Of a DNA stretch of 64,000 nt, positions 51,529 through 64,000 are shown piece after piece. Every line of letters begins with the position of its first letter. The stretch's first letter is position 1. A model generated the notes under the pieces. The model did no database searches. It was not told the DNA's origin and saw nothing but the letters and a program-made list of their open reading frames with translations. The stretch covers positions 124,001 through 188,000 of the forward strand of contig JAKMXF010000323.1 of the NCBI GenBank assembly GCA_024704765.1. The letters are read 5' to 3'. A program made the translations under genes and the position numbers. Source of the DNA: Oopsacas minuta (lineage: Eukaryota; Animalia; Porifera).

Positions 51529-52827
51529 CAGGGTTTGGCATAAGTTCTGCAACAAGTAGAAACTAGTATATTTCATATCTTACCATAATAGTAGTTGAAA
51601 TTCGTAGTGAATTAGTGATTATATATACTAAAGATACGAAATTAATCTAGCTCTTCGAATGTATTGCCCTTTGCTGCGATTCATAGGCTCAATCGCTTAT
51701 AGAAATTATCGACAGCAGCATGCAACACGTCCCCACTGATTAAATCCCACTCCCTTCTCAAGGAAGACTTCAGACTTTCGACATTCTTGTGAGGCTTTGC
51801 ACACACCCTGGACTCCAAGATTGACCACATACAGAAATCCAAAGGGTTTAGATCTCGAGAAGAGGCCGACCATTCTTCAGTTGATTTAAATTCCGGTACA
51901 TTGAGTTACAACCACTCAGATATCATTTTGGCTTTATGAGAGGGAGTGGAATCTTACTGGAACACCCAATGCGCGTCATTGAAGTGCTCACCGGCCCAAG
52001 GCTTCAATGCGTTCTCAAAATGCTCTCTACATACACCTCTTTGTTAATTTTCACCCCTTTGCCAATGAACACCAGAGGTGTCCGACAATCAGAGGTAATA
52101 GCCCCCAAACCATGATCGATAGAGATTTCTGAGTTCTTTTGATTGTGCGTATTGATGACGATGTAGACTTTTGATCTGGAGCAAGAATTCCACTGTTTTG
52201 GCGATTATATGGCATTTCTACGGTAAAAATCTTCTCATCGGAGAAGACAATACTCGAGTGCGTGCTACCAGTAAGCCTTTTTCTCAGAATCAGACATTTT
52301 TCATACCTACGCCTCTTATTCACATCAGAAAGTAACTGTACCTCTCGAAATTTGTAGCATTTCAAGCCTAAATCCTCTTTTACTATCCACGCCATACTTC
52401 TGGTTGAAATATTGAAATCTTTTGCCATGCCTTGGATGCTTCTGACAGGATTCTTCCTGACCTTATCCCGGACGAGCTTCCTAACAGCAGGAGTGCGAAC
52501 AGAACGAGGTCTAACTTTTCTGAACATGTACTGAGTATTACCAGTGTCCTTGTAACGTTTAATTATACGGTAGACTATCCATCTATTTATGGACAGTATT
52601 TATGATATTACGGAAGCTGACCTGCCTTCATTTGGCACAAGATTATCAATGACCGTTATGCTTCTTTGTCCATAAATCAAAAAAACTTTTCTAGTAGGAA
52701 TCAATACTCTAAAGTGTGTTTAAAAAGATATTGAAGATAATATATGATAAATAAATATTCACCTAAAACCATTCGCAGAACTTCGAGCTTAATTTAAATT
52801 TTGTTGCAGAACTTATGCCTAACCGTG
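51529..52827 (-). mobile_element. maT (DD37D) transposon, second copy of the 24103 family (1299 bp)
   Basis: TIRs cagggtttggcataagttctgcaacaa / ttgttgcagaacttatgcctaaccgtg with TA duplication. IVFSDEKIFTVE is present, the D-to-D spacing is 37 (DSTPSH..DLNPLDF), and there are in-frame stops. Confidence 0.95.
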
Positions 52828-54180
52828 TAAATCAATTTGCTTACTTGTGAGAAATAATATACCTATAATTAATGACTAGAAGAATACTTGTAGTAAGTGT
52901 TATAAAGTAGCCAGTCCATTATTTCAATGTAATTGAGTTAATATAACATGTAAACTATACCGTCATTGCAATAATAGGAATAACTCACATGAGTGCCTAA
53001 TAAACTAATGCCAATTATCAAAATATACATTTATTCACTCGAATTGGCGAAAAATATATAGTTTGAAGTGGAACCTAGTAATAAGCCATAACAGGGCGGG
53101 CATTAGATGAACTATGTCTATATAAATTCAAAAGAAATCTACATTGGAGAATTTGGGAAAATTTGCAAATCATTCTTCAAATCATGTTCAAATCATGATC
53201 CACTCATTTTCCACTCGTTTAAGAGTGTTTGAAAAATCTCAAATAAATCAATCCAATTGATGAATATATTCTAATCAAATCAAATTGAAATCCGTATCGT
53301 GTGAAATCTAATTAAATAATCGAGATATTATATGCAATTTACAGCCCTGGTCAAATGGGGTTTGGAGCGTTTTGGAAATAACTTATTAACCAATGACACA
53401 GCTATAAGGTAACAGAAATATTGTTAAACAGTCTGCAAAAGACAACATACTACATTTTGGCACAAAATTGGTAGTTTTAATTTCGTCCGATTAATAGTAT
53501 TTGTGAATTGGGGTTACAAGAAAATTTTAATGAGTTTGGATCATTGAATATTTTGTATGGTGACATATTTTAATAAGGAAATCCATTATTCGATTTGGAG
53601 CACAGCTTAATACGATCTCAAGTTTACAATAATATTGCAGTCGTCATACCTAAGCCCATTAAATGTCCAAAATACGTATGAATTGTAAGCAAAGTATTAC
53701 AGATCCGCATTTTAATAAATTCTGGGTATGAAAAGTTTCAAATTCTGAATTAATATAGTGGAATTTCCAAAGGATTTACACTAACCAAGGAAGTTCATTT
53801 TGAGCCCTTTAATCGATAAAATATGATCACCATACTTGGGAAACATGCAAAATGGTGATTACTATTTTGCAATTTCAGCGAAAAATACATACTTAATAAC
53901 AATGTTTGATTCTTTATCCAACATTACAGTGGAGAGGCATGACCGGGACTCAGAAAATCGGGATAATGTTTTCGAAACAGATAATTGTGACATCTTATAA
54001 CCTATTTGGGATTTCTGCGACACATAAGCGATTCTAGCTATGGTATAAAAATGTTTAGTGATAATGAGAGATATTTCAGATGTAAAATGGTTTGTCATTA
54101 TAAAAAGGGATTTGCAAATTGTATACAGCCCAATATCGAGGATATAGTAGTGGTGATTAAGGTATTTCAGTTTTTGGGAC

Positions 54181-54228
54181 CATGAAAAACTAGTCATGAA
54201 AATCAGTCATGAAAGACTAGTCATGAAT
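54181..54228. repeat. short tandem repeat, 13-14-bp unit containing agtcatgaa, about 3.5 copies
   Basis: catgaaaaactagtcatgaaaatcagtcatgaaagactagtcatgaa. Confidence 0.75.
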
Positions 54229-55325
54229 ACTTAAATAATCATGATCAGATAATCGGGACGAAACATAGGCTCACCTCTGTACCATAGTATCATCATATGT
54301 CCCATTGAGGTAACAAAAATTATTATAATGATACCAGACTTGAAGAAATTTCGTAAATGGTTCGACAGCAGAAAAATGTTCAAATTCTGGAACATTGTGG
54401 CATATGAAAATGACTTAACGATTTCTTGCTTGGTGCAGCAGAAATGATGGGGAGATGGGATTCCCTCTCAATGAGGTCGATAGAGCGAAAAGATGCTAGA
54501 ATTACTACACATTGTCAGGCACACCAGCTTGTACTTGCATGAACTGATTGTAAGAATTACGCTAAAGGGCTCGACAGTAGGGCTCTCCAAAAACTAATAA
54601 TGGGACAGACATACGAATAATTGTCCAGCGCCACCTCTTACGATGGATAAATAATTAGTAAATAAAATTTAACGCGAATTTAGTCAGATGTTACAAGGTG
54701 GAGAACTTTCTTCCATGTTGATCCTCACACTCTACAGCTACTGTTCGATATATCAAACAAATAGCAAAGTTTGCGCTGGTAAATATTATGCATACTGGAT
54801 AGCGATTGGGAATCAAGTAAAAATTGATAGTTAACCGAATACTGCTGGGGAATAGATCAATTTATTAGCACAAAATGTACTGAAATCTCACTTTGGGTGT
54901 TGGAATGGGTATACTCATTGTTCAATTTCGTTACGAAGTGGAACGTCGGCCTTAATCGGTTATTGTAGAGCATTATTGAATATTACTATGTTATGAAGAA
55001 GTAATATTGGGCCTTATGGGTCGTAATCTGGGAAGTGGCCATAGCAAAAAGATTCTTTGAATTTTGAGATAAAAATCCTAGATGGGTGCCAAAAAGTTGA
55101 TCACTGAAATTCAAATTAAATACAGACAGTGTCTTAGCGTCAAAAACTGGGAAAATAACGGACCCAGTTTTGAAATTCATTTTAGCAGTAAGGACAGTTT
55201 CAGTGAAAACATCAACAATAAATATCAAATACATTCGAACAGAATGAAAGCAAATTTCCAGCGCAAAATCAACAAAGTAAGTCAAAATTCGCTAGTTTCA
55301 GGCTTGTAACTAGGTCCTACATAAT

Positions 55326-55720
55326 CAAGTCAGGTCAGGTCAGGTCATCATTAAATATATTTTATACAGGTAATATTCAAGTCATCATCAGGTAAATATC
55401 AGTTTAACAATCAATTAAGTGAAACTTGGGAATGGGGAAACCATACACAAAGGGACGGATAGATATACCGCCAGTCTGACTCAGTTTATATTTCGCTACA
55501 GCCTAATACATTAAAGATATATAATGCTCGAAACTAGTGACTACTATGGAAGTAATTCGATTCGATTAACGAGTTAATTAAGTGCGGGATTAGCAAGGTA
55601 AGATTAGAAAGAAAACCGTAAATTCCTTGAAGACTGAAAATGAGCTGAAATTACTCTGAATAACCTGTAAATGAGCGGAAATGAGCTGAAGTGGCTTGAT
55701 TCAGGTCAGGTCAGGTCATG
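55326..55720 (+). repeat. paired (tcagg)n microsatellite blocks about 375 bp apart, with aatgagc repeats between
   Basis: gtcaggtcaggtcaggtcat at about 55329 and tcaggtcaggtcaggtcat at about 55701; aatgagc three times at 55638-55690. Confidence 0.55.
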
Positions 55721-56335
55721 TCTGGACTCGATTTTAGGGAAAATCGGCCATTGGCAGATTTCATTTAATTTCTGTGGAAAACATAGCAAAAAATTTCGTC
55801 TCTGCTTTCTAAATACTGCCCGAAAATGTGTCAGTTCATGCTATCAAAAAGGTGCTGAATTTCGATTTGGATGCGGGAAATAGTTAAAATGAAGTTGTAA
55901 ATTAACGTTTTCCTACTTAGCCGTAATAGTCCAAGTGATTACAAGTAGATAATCGTATATCAACGAAACGAAGAATTAATTAATCAAAAATTCAAATTCA
56001 AATGTTCATTGCAATTGGAAAGAAGATGTCCAAAAAAGTTCAAATTTGCGCGAAATGAAAGTATCACTATCTAGTATGGTGAGTATCGCTTATAAAAAGA
56101 CAGGTTTTGAGAACAACATAATTTCTAGGTCACCATAAAATTGAATTAGCTTCAAGCTTTGAGAAATAATTAGTATTGAATTAATGTACATGCATCGTAA
56201 CTATGGACGTTTCACTGAATATAACCAAAATTACTTCAAGTCGATTAAATTAGATAGAAAATCCAAATATTCTCAAAAATAACGAACTGATAAATTTGTC
56301 CATAAAAAATGTACTATAGATAGATAATAATCAAC

Positions 56336-57477
56336 ACAAACCATGTCATCAAGACATTCCCAGTTCAAAATGACATCATCTGTTTGATTTACTGGGAAAT
56401 ATGTTGTAAAATTCCCCCATTTTAAAGTTTTGATGAACGATCACCAGTGCATCTTTGATTCAGGATAAATATCAAGAATCTAGGGATATTATACACAAAA
56501 CCCAATATCCACTTATAACTCGATTTTCGCGAGATGGTTAGTCTCTAGTAATGTACACTACATATCCAACTTCCCACAGCCTACGAGATTATAGTCTTCT
56601 CGCGATCTAGTATTTCCTGGACCAAGGATTACCCAAGTCAATTAAATTTGACTTGAAATTGTATTTTCTCGCTAATAAATATTGGTGGATTCAGGCTCGA
56701 GAATATGTATTATTGATGCTAGATAATTTACATAAACCATGTCATCCAACTATTCTCAATTAAATGACGTATCTGTTTGGTTATAAGGGTGATATGTTGT
56801 TAAAATTCATAATACTTGAAGCTCAGTTAAACGATCACTAGTGCGTCTTTCGATTCAAGAATAAAATCAAGTAAGGCTATTTATACATAAATTATGAAGA
56901 GTTTGAATTACATAGTTGCCACGTTACTGATTAATATTAGGTACCATGGATGGCACATGTTCGACCAATATCCGCTTGTGTATATAGATAAACTATATTT
57001 TAAGAGAATGTTAGTTCCCAGAGTGATATTCTACAGCAGCCTCTAATTTCGTTGATGACCAAATACGGGCATTTTACAATTTCGTGAAAGTTAAGAATCC
57101 TACCAAAATGTACTGATATTACAAGGGTACGTGAAGTTGGGCATGTAGTATATATTGGCTGAAGTGGTTTGAGGAAAACTCGGAGAAATTGGGTGATAAA
57201 TGGATATTGGCCAGAAATGTGCCATCCATGGTATAGAATATAACTCAATAAATGTGACAACCTTATGACTAAAATTTGTATACTTTATGTATAAACTTCC
57301 TTGGATTACTTGGTATTAATCCTGAAATCCAAGAAGCACTAGTGATCGTTCATCTGATCTGTAAAAATGTGAGGATATTACAATACATTGCCAATTATTG
57401 AAACAGATTACCTCATTTCGACCTGGAAATAGTTGGATCACATGACTAGTATTGATCATTACCTACATATTTCGAGC
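56336..57477. mobile_element. old non-autonomous element with about 200-bp imperfect TIRs (56695-57477) plus an extra direct copy of the arm (about 56336-56500)
   Basis: Unit catgtcatc..atctgttt..atgttgt..gaacgatcac(c/t)agtgc..tt..attca.ga occurs at about 56340 (+), 56735 (+) and 57285-57455 (-). Termini gctcgagaatatgta / tacatatttcgagc. Confidence 0.7.
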
Positions 57478-59988
57478 AAAATGTACAAATCCGATAGTAT
57501 AGATAATATTAAGATGGCATAAAAATTTAATACACCTGAAGTAATCCATGCACGGAAAGGAAAATATGGTCATTGAACTTGGTATAGTTACTTAGTCTGT
57601 GAAATTAATGTATTACTGAGAATAGCAAAATGCAAATAGATATACGTATATGTATCACAAGTGTGAAGTTAGCGGACTAGTCGACTAGTGTCCCTTCAGT
57701 CACAAATTTGGCAAACTCAGATTTAAACGAGATTAGTATCATTGGATAGAGGAGAGTTGTACATTATACACGATATGTTTTGATATTAAATTATTATACT
57801 TTTAGTTACATTCTTGGTTGGAATTTTTAGTGTTACGACTTCCTTGAATTTACCCACGTAAAATTCAGAATTCAATTCTGAAATTCTCTATACATACTTT
57901 GGTGGTATGGACGTATATAAAAACCAAATTTCATTAAAAAATATAAACAACTCACGTGGGTAGAGGAATTTAAAATTTTAAGTTGGGACTGAAGTGGTAG
58001 GGAATGAATCATATGCTACACAAAGTAGGACCAGTTCAAACTCATGTTCATTACCCCAAATCCAACTCAATTTCAATTCTTTTTGTGTCATCGTTAGTTG
58101 AGATAGAGATGTTTATGACAATATCGATATTTTCGTGAAACACTAAAATTATCACCAGCAATGGCATGCAAAAATCAATAAATTCTCAGGTTTGTGTATT
58201 ACGAATTCTAACTTTGAGATCAATTCTTGAAGTTATGTCTCTTCAGAACCCCCTTCAAATTTTATAGATACCTTCTTTCATATCTGATAATTCAATTTCC
58301 TAAAAATGCAGGGGTCGCTAGAACTTTTTCCATGATTTGTATATATTGTATTTTGTTTCTTCTCAATTTTCCTCAGTTGCTTTACTATTATTATTGCGTT
58401 GTATTATGATAATTATTGTATAAACTATACAATTACAAGTCTTGCTTAGATCATTGGTACGGACAGGAAGTCAGATCGTAAAACTTGCTATAGATCCCAT
58501 TCTAACTTGTTTCAACAAATAACTACATTTAGCGACATATTATACAGGTTTTATCCGATATACATATATACTGATAATAGTCAGTATTAACTTACACACA
58601 CATTACACAAGTAATAACAGCATCAATATACATAGATAGCTCATAATATTTCACCACTCTGATATTATAGAAATTCTTCCTTGAGATGGTTCAAAGGGAC
58701 AAATAATAATTTAGCATCTAGAGCTATTTTATTTCATCAGTTAAAATACCAAAAATTTATCACAAAATACAAATATCAGTTAGCTATTAATTCTGCAACG
58801 AATAATTCCAACATATACTGCACGAAAACTTCTTCTTGGTGATAATAATATTACATAATCAGAAACATAAAATTTTTCCCTGCATAATTTCATGAACTGC
58901 CAAACTATTGTCTAATTAGCATCTCAATGCACATGGATACAAATTACACATACCACTTGCATCTACCACTTAGAAAGCTTGATTTAACAAGTATGAATCA
59001 CGTTTCAACAATATGAGTATTTAGAATTGAATTATTGACACGAAAGATAAGTCTATCACCAGGAAAATAAACTATAACTTATTAATCAATAACATAACAA
59101 GAAAATGTAATATCTCATCCTCCAATCCAACTGGTTCGCCTATGCCAAATTATGTTTTGTACTTTGTACAAGACGACGCTATTTATACATATATGAAAAT
59201 GTTTACATCAAACGCAACTATTAAATTATGGGATAACAATTTCATTCGCCGAAGTAATGTACATCGATAAGATCCGCTATCTTCATACAAACTTGCCTTA
59301 AGAAATGATGTAAGCACTATTAAAAATAATTGAACCGACGTTTTCATTGTCAAATACATATATATATATTACACATTTAACATTAATGAAGACAGACTCC
59401 ACACAGTGTGGAACTATGCGGTAATAGGTGAAAAATTGACTTCGCTATTTACCAAAAATTAATGTATGCATTCGATTCTACGCTATTCCAAACCTAGAAA
59501 TATACTCTTATTAGTTAGTTAATGAACTTATAACATGCCTAACCAAAGTCTCAAACTTAGGCCACAATTTGAAATTTGAAAACCTGAAAACTACAAATAT
59601 ATATTCTTCAAATACCATTGCGATATTTCAGCATTCCAGGATTTTAGTAATTCAATGGCATACATCAGCATTCGTATGTATTATGTGATTAATTCGAACT
59701 CGTTTGCAAAACAAAATAAAAATTTATTTTGTCGTTCCGAAGAATTTTTAACCCGTCTATTATCCATACTTCAGCTCCCTGATCTACCTTTTAGGTCCTC
59801 GATCTTACAATGCAAACAATTGCGAGTTGAAAAGTTGACAATTTCGATTAGTATATCTCTCTAATTTCATTACAAAAAAAATCTAAAGCAGCCCAAAGGC
59901 GCCTACCTATACTTTTCTTGACATAAAGTGGATGGAGCATACCAATTTGCAAGAAATGGATATTTAGAAAAATTGAAATATCGTTATA

Positions 59989-61320
59989 CTAGGGCGTTCA
60001 ATAAGTCTTGCGGGTGATATCATAGAATATGATACAAACACTATACATACTAATTCACTATATTATTTATTCAAAGTAATCCCCTCCTGCAGATACACAA
60101 AGTTTTAACCTTTCCACCCACTTGTAAAACACATTTCTGTACTCCTCAGGGGATGGATTTGAAGTACTGGTACAGGCCCGTTACGAGTGCTTGTAATGTG
60201 TTAAAATCTTTGCCCTGAAGGTAGATTTTAAGCTTGGGGAAGAGCCAAAAATCACACAGAGCTAGGCCTGGTGAGTATGGTGGATGGGGAAGTAATTCTA
60301 ACCCTTCTAGATCCAAGAAATTTTTGGTAAGCTTAGCTGTATGGGAACTGGTGTTATCAGTTAAAATCTTCATTCCAAGAGTCCCGGTTTTCGGGCGGTA
60401 CTTTTCTATATTTTTTATCAAATTTGGAAGCACTTGCTCTGTAAAGAAAGTAGCAGTAACAGCCTTGCCACTCTCACAAGGTAATTGCAAGACAATTCCA
60501 TGACTACTGAAGAAGATGGTATACATAATCTTAGGTTTTCTGAAGTCGGGCCTAGGAATTTTGGCCGGTTATTCGCCGCCCTTCACCCATGATCGCTTCT
60601 TATACTTGCTATATGGTGTTGAATAGTACACCCACGTCTTGTCACCAGTAATAATTTCTGTTAGGCGTCTAGAATCGCAGTTCTCATAAGTTTCCAAGAG
60701 TTTCTTGGCAATATTCAGTCGTGCCAACCTTTGATTCTCACTGAGCTTTTTCGGGACCCATTTCCCACAAATCGATCGGTTGCCAAGCTCAGTCACCAGA
60801 ATTGTATGAATAGCTCCCGATGAAATTTCCAAACTTTGTTCTAACTGATTGACAGTAATACACTTGTCTTCCATGACCATACTTTCAATGAGTGCGATAT
60901 TCTCTGAAGTGGTGGCGGATACCGCTCTTCCAGATCGGGGCAAATCTGTGACATCAGCATCACCAGATCTAAAACGGGCAACCCATCGCTCTACAGTAGA
61001 TCTGGAAGGGCAATTCACGCACAATACTCCTGTAACTCGCTGAAGATCTGTACGGGCTGGATCTTGAGTATTGTGCGAAACTCTATGTAAGCTCGCCATT
61101 TGAGGTTGAAATTATCATCCTTTGAAGCCATAAATTCAACAGTGGGTATAAATTGACTACACGTAACTATCTCAAAAATTCATAATTTGTATTGAATAAG
61201 CTTGAAACTTTCAGTATATGGAGTTTAACTATATGGGATTATAATATATGAAAGTTAGATATATTACTCGACTAATTCCTAAGATATATCATGACCCGTA
61301 AGACTTATTGAACGCCCTGA
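59989..61320 (-). mobile_element. mariner transposon, full-length, frameshifted (1332 bp)
   Basis: TIRs agggcgttcaataagtctt(g/a)cggg flanked by TA. Motifs GKWVPKKL, IITGDKTWVY, LTDNTSSH and HPPYSPGLALCDFWLF. Confidence 0.95.
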
Positions 61321-62109
61321 TAACATTTTATAATCACTATATTTCTAAGTATCAACTGCATAGAGAATTCAGCATACTCATTGTTATTCAAGTTCATCAA
61401 TAAATAGGGCTGCTTGGTATAAAACGCCCACAAATTTGGAACTCATTTATTCTTGAACCATAAATATTAATTATATCAAAATTCAGCAGATTATGTCATA
61501 GTCCCATTTCCAGAAGTGCAACTAAAATCTGGTGCAGTGTCGATTTACTATATATGACAATATTTTAACATACATCTTCAGTATAAGTACTATTACCCCA
61601 TAATCGTCATTTTGCCACACTGTGCTCCAGTGAGAAAATGCTTTCTCAAATAAGGATTCATAATTAGGATCATGGATCATGAAATGGATAATTTGCACCC
61701 ATATTATATCTAATGAAGTTTAGAATATCAAAATTCTACAACTAAACATGTGAAACCACATAGATTTTCCGATTCTAATACTCAGACCCTCATTCGATGT
61801 ATACTAGGGTATTGTGAAAAATACTATTTCACTCAATTTCTTTCGGCTGGGGTAATTTGGGGTGTGGTTGGATGTCATCTACCCAAATATATATAAACAA
61901 CCTAACATTTTGATCATTTACACCATCCAACAAAATCATTTAGGTTGGTACAATGGAAAAGGGCCTATTTGTCGGGTTGATGACATACTTAAACTTTATC
62001 CTCGATTCCTAATATCTTCTCATCGAATGTGCTTTCTATATTCCACTATAAATAACAGCTTAATGTTCTTGATTGTATTATAAAAGGATTTCTATGTTGT
62101 TATTATGTG

Positions 62110-62952
62110 ATTATACATTAACTAATTGATAAGGTAATTTTTTTGGCGTTGATATAGGTAATTTCTCTAGAAATGGCTCTGTTAAGTATGTATCTATATC
62201 TATGTTGTTCTAGATGACCACCTCGCTTTATGGATGCTTCAGTAACCTCTTTGACCCATCTTTCTACATTCTTGGAATGACAAGGATAGGATGGAATTAC
62301 CAATGGTTCATCAATGGCTGATTGCAGCTCCACATCTGTGAAATTAACCGTTAATGATGGTTCTGTAATTGATAATCCATCTAATTCTATACGATTTGAA
62401 TAAGTTGAAGCTCAAAATTCTTTTTGGAACTTTAGTTTCCTCGGCTCAGTTGGAAGGTTCAAATTCCGTGAATTCACAACTTGCGGACACTTCAGGATAG
62501 TTTCTACGGCTCTCTTTCTTAGATCTGGGAAATTCTCTGAAAGCATAAATATAAGGCTATTTTCTTGATGACTCCAATACCCATTTGATTGAAGTAATCT
62601 CTGGTAACAATTCTGTCAGGCTCTGATAATTCCTTAGATGTTTGAACAAGATTGAAGAAGTTTTTGTACCATCACTTAGAGTCCAAACTCTTTGAAGCGA
62701 AACTATCCTGGAACATATGGATTAAGAATAAAACTTACGATATGCATTAGTTCAGAAGTTGGAGTTAATTTGGAAATATATAACCTAAGGATTCTGTTTG
62801 CAAATGTATTCCATCTTGACCTATTAAGAATACCGGGTTCCTTGGTTAGTAAGTTCCCTGTGCAATGATGTGGGCCATTTTGAACAGCAAGTACCATCTC
62901 CTATAAATACTACTGATCTGTACTAAGTTTTTTTACCAGCTCAAATGGTATA
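62110..62952 (-). mobile_element. degenerate cut-and-paste transposase, probably hAT-related (hATm-like), interrupted by the next mariner
   Basis: LSTDQ*YL*EMVLAV, PGILNRSRWNTFANRILRLYIS and PSYPCHSKNVERWVKEVTEAS match a widespread invertebrate transposase family that I recall as hATm-like. The superfamily assignment is from memory. Confidence 0.65.
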
Positions 62953-62954
62953 TA

Positions 62955-64000
62955 CCAGGTTGTCCAAAAAGTTCGCGGAATTGCAATTATATTTTATTTA
63001 TCAATGATCATACTCAACTAATTATTGTACATAGTTTTCAATAAATTCACCCTTAACGGCGATACATTTCTTCCATTTTGATAGGAGTTTATTTATTCCT
63101 GTGGTGAAGAATTTTTCAGTGGTACCTTGAATCCATGAATTTACAGCGGACCTAAGGTGCTCAAATCGCTGAAACGTTTACCTCTAAGTGGTCTTTTCAT
63201 TTCTGAAAAAAGCCAGTAGTCGCTGGGCGCTAGATCTGGGCTGTATGGGGGATGTGGGAGTAATTCGAACCCTAAATGTTGAATTTCATCCAAAGTTCTC
63301 CTGCTGGTATGGGCTGGAGCATTATCATGCTGAAGCAAAACATGAGAACTCAACTTGCCACGTCTCTGAGACTTGATAGCTTCGCGCAATTTCTTCAGAA
63401 CTTGAACATAGTATTCAGTATTTATTGTTACTTTGTTAGGTAACCAATCAATCATGATTATTCCCTTTGTGTCCCAAAAAACTGTTGCCATCCGTTTACT
63501 TGCTGATACGACGGCTCTGGGTCTAATAGGAGTTGCTTCATGCCTACGCTTCCATTGACTCGTCTGTAAACTTGTCTTAGGCTCATAAAAATGTAACCAA
63601 GTCTCGTCCCCTGTGACTAAACGATCAAAGAACCTTGGCTCCTTCTTAGAAATCCGTAAGAGCTGGCGACAAACACGAACCCTTTCAATCCTTTGAGATT
63701 CAGATAACAATTTGGGAACCCAAAGAGAAAGAACTCTCGACATTCCCAATTGTTCAGTTAGAATCATATCAAGTATTTATTTTGACATGCCCAATTCTTC
63801 CTCTAACTGCCGCAGAGTCACACGTCTATCTTTATCAAGAATGTTTGATATAATTTTGATATTATATAGGTTGGAACATGTTTTCGGACGACCAGGTCTT
63901 GGGTTATCATCAACAGTTGAATGCCCATCATTAAATCTGTCAATCCATTTGTAAACCATCTATTTACCAGGGCATTTACTACCATAAACATCTTCATCTC
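62955..64000 (-). mobile_element. mariner (DD34D) transposon running off the window
   Basis: ta|ccaggttgtccaaaaagttcgcgg TIR. The 208-aa ORF has LWVPKLL, LVTGDETW and HDNAPAH..SPDLAPSDY with spacing 34. Frameshifts near 63770 and at the C-terminus. Confidence 0.93.

Noticed and set aside
15721-51530. Identical caaatcta flank before two different maT elements (15721 and 51521)
   Set aside because: Only 6 bp beyond the obligatory TA in two cases; insufficient to claim target-site preference.
57676-57689. Perfect 14-bp palindrome actagtcgactagt
   Set aside because: Single short occurrence with no associated structure; could arise by chance or be a MITE relic.
59989-64000. Mariner ORFs as a domesticated SETMAR-like gene
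   Set aside because: They are bounded by TIRs and TA duplications, frameshifted, and have no adjacent SET domain.
1-64000. CRISPR array, tRNA or rRNA genes
   Set aside because: No regularly spaced repeat-spacer units, no cloverleaf with a T-loop motif, and no rRNA-like sequence were noticed; the context is eukaryotic.
40358-64000. Upstream Mondo exon with MCR1 (HSGHFM) motif
   Set aside because: Searched by eye; only partial look-alikes (e.g. IHFMS near 59920) without supporting context, so it is not reported.

Overview
AT-rich (about 30-35% GC) animal genomic DNA with spliceosomal GT-AG introns. Roughly one third of the window is DNA-transposon sequence. I count 12 Tc1/mariner-superfamily elements: 5 mariner, 3 DD37D maT, 3 DD34E Tc1 and 1 pogo/Tigger. 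There is also a Chapaev3 remnant, a hAT-like remnant, three Helitron fragments and several MITE or foldback elements, three of them nested inside older elements. One Tc1 copy (31528-32917) has perfect TIRs and an intact ORF. The one host gene I can name is a minus-strand Mondo/ChREBP (MLXIP/MLXIPL-family) gene. Its conserved N-terminal glucose-sensing regions are split between an exon at 40056-40357 and an exon at 21378-21684 by an intron of about 18.4 kb, and a probable third exon lies at 17814-18055. I could not find its bHLH-Zip. Many small plus-strand exon-like segments with compatible splice phases lie inside and beyond the Mondo introns, suggesting one or more unidentified antisense nested or interleaved genes. 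No rRNA, tRNA or CRISPR array was seen. The overall texture (compact genes, short introns, very diverse Tc1/mariner load) suggests an early-branching invertebrate such as a glass sponge, but that is only an impression. All exon models were built by eye and need RNA-seq or homology confirmation.
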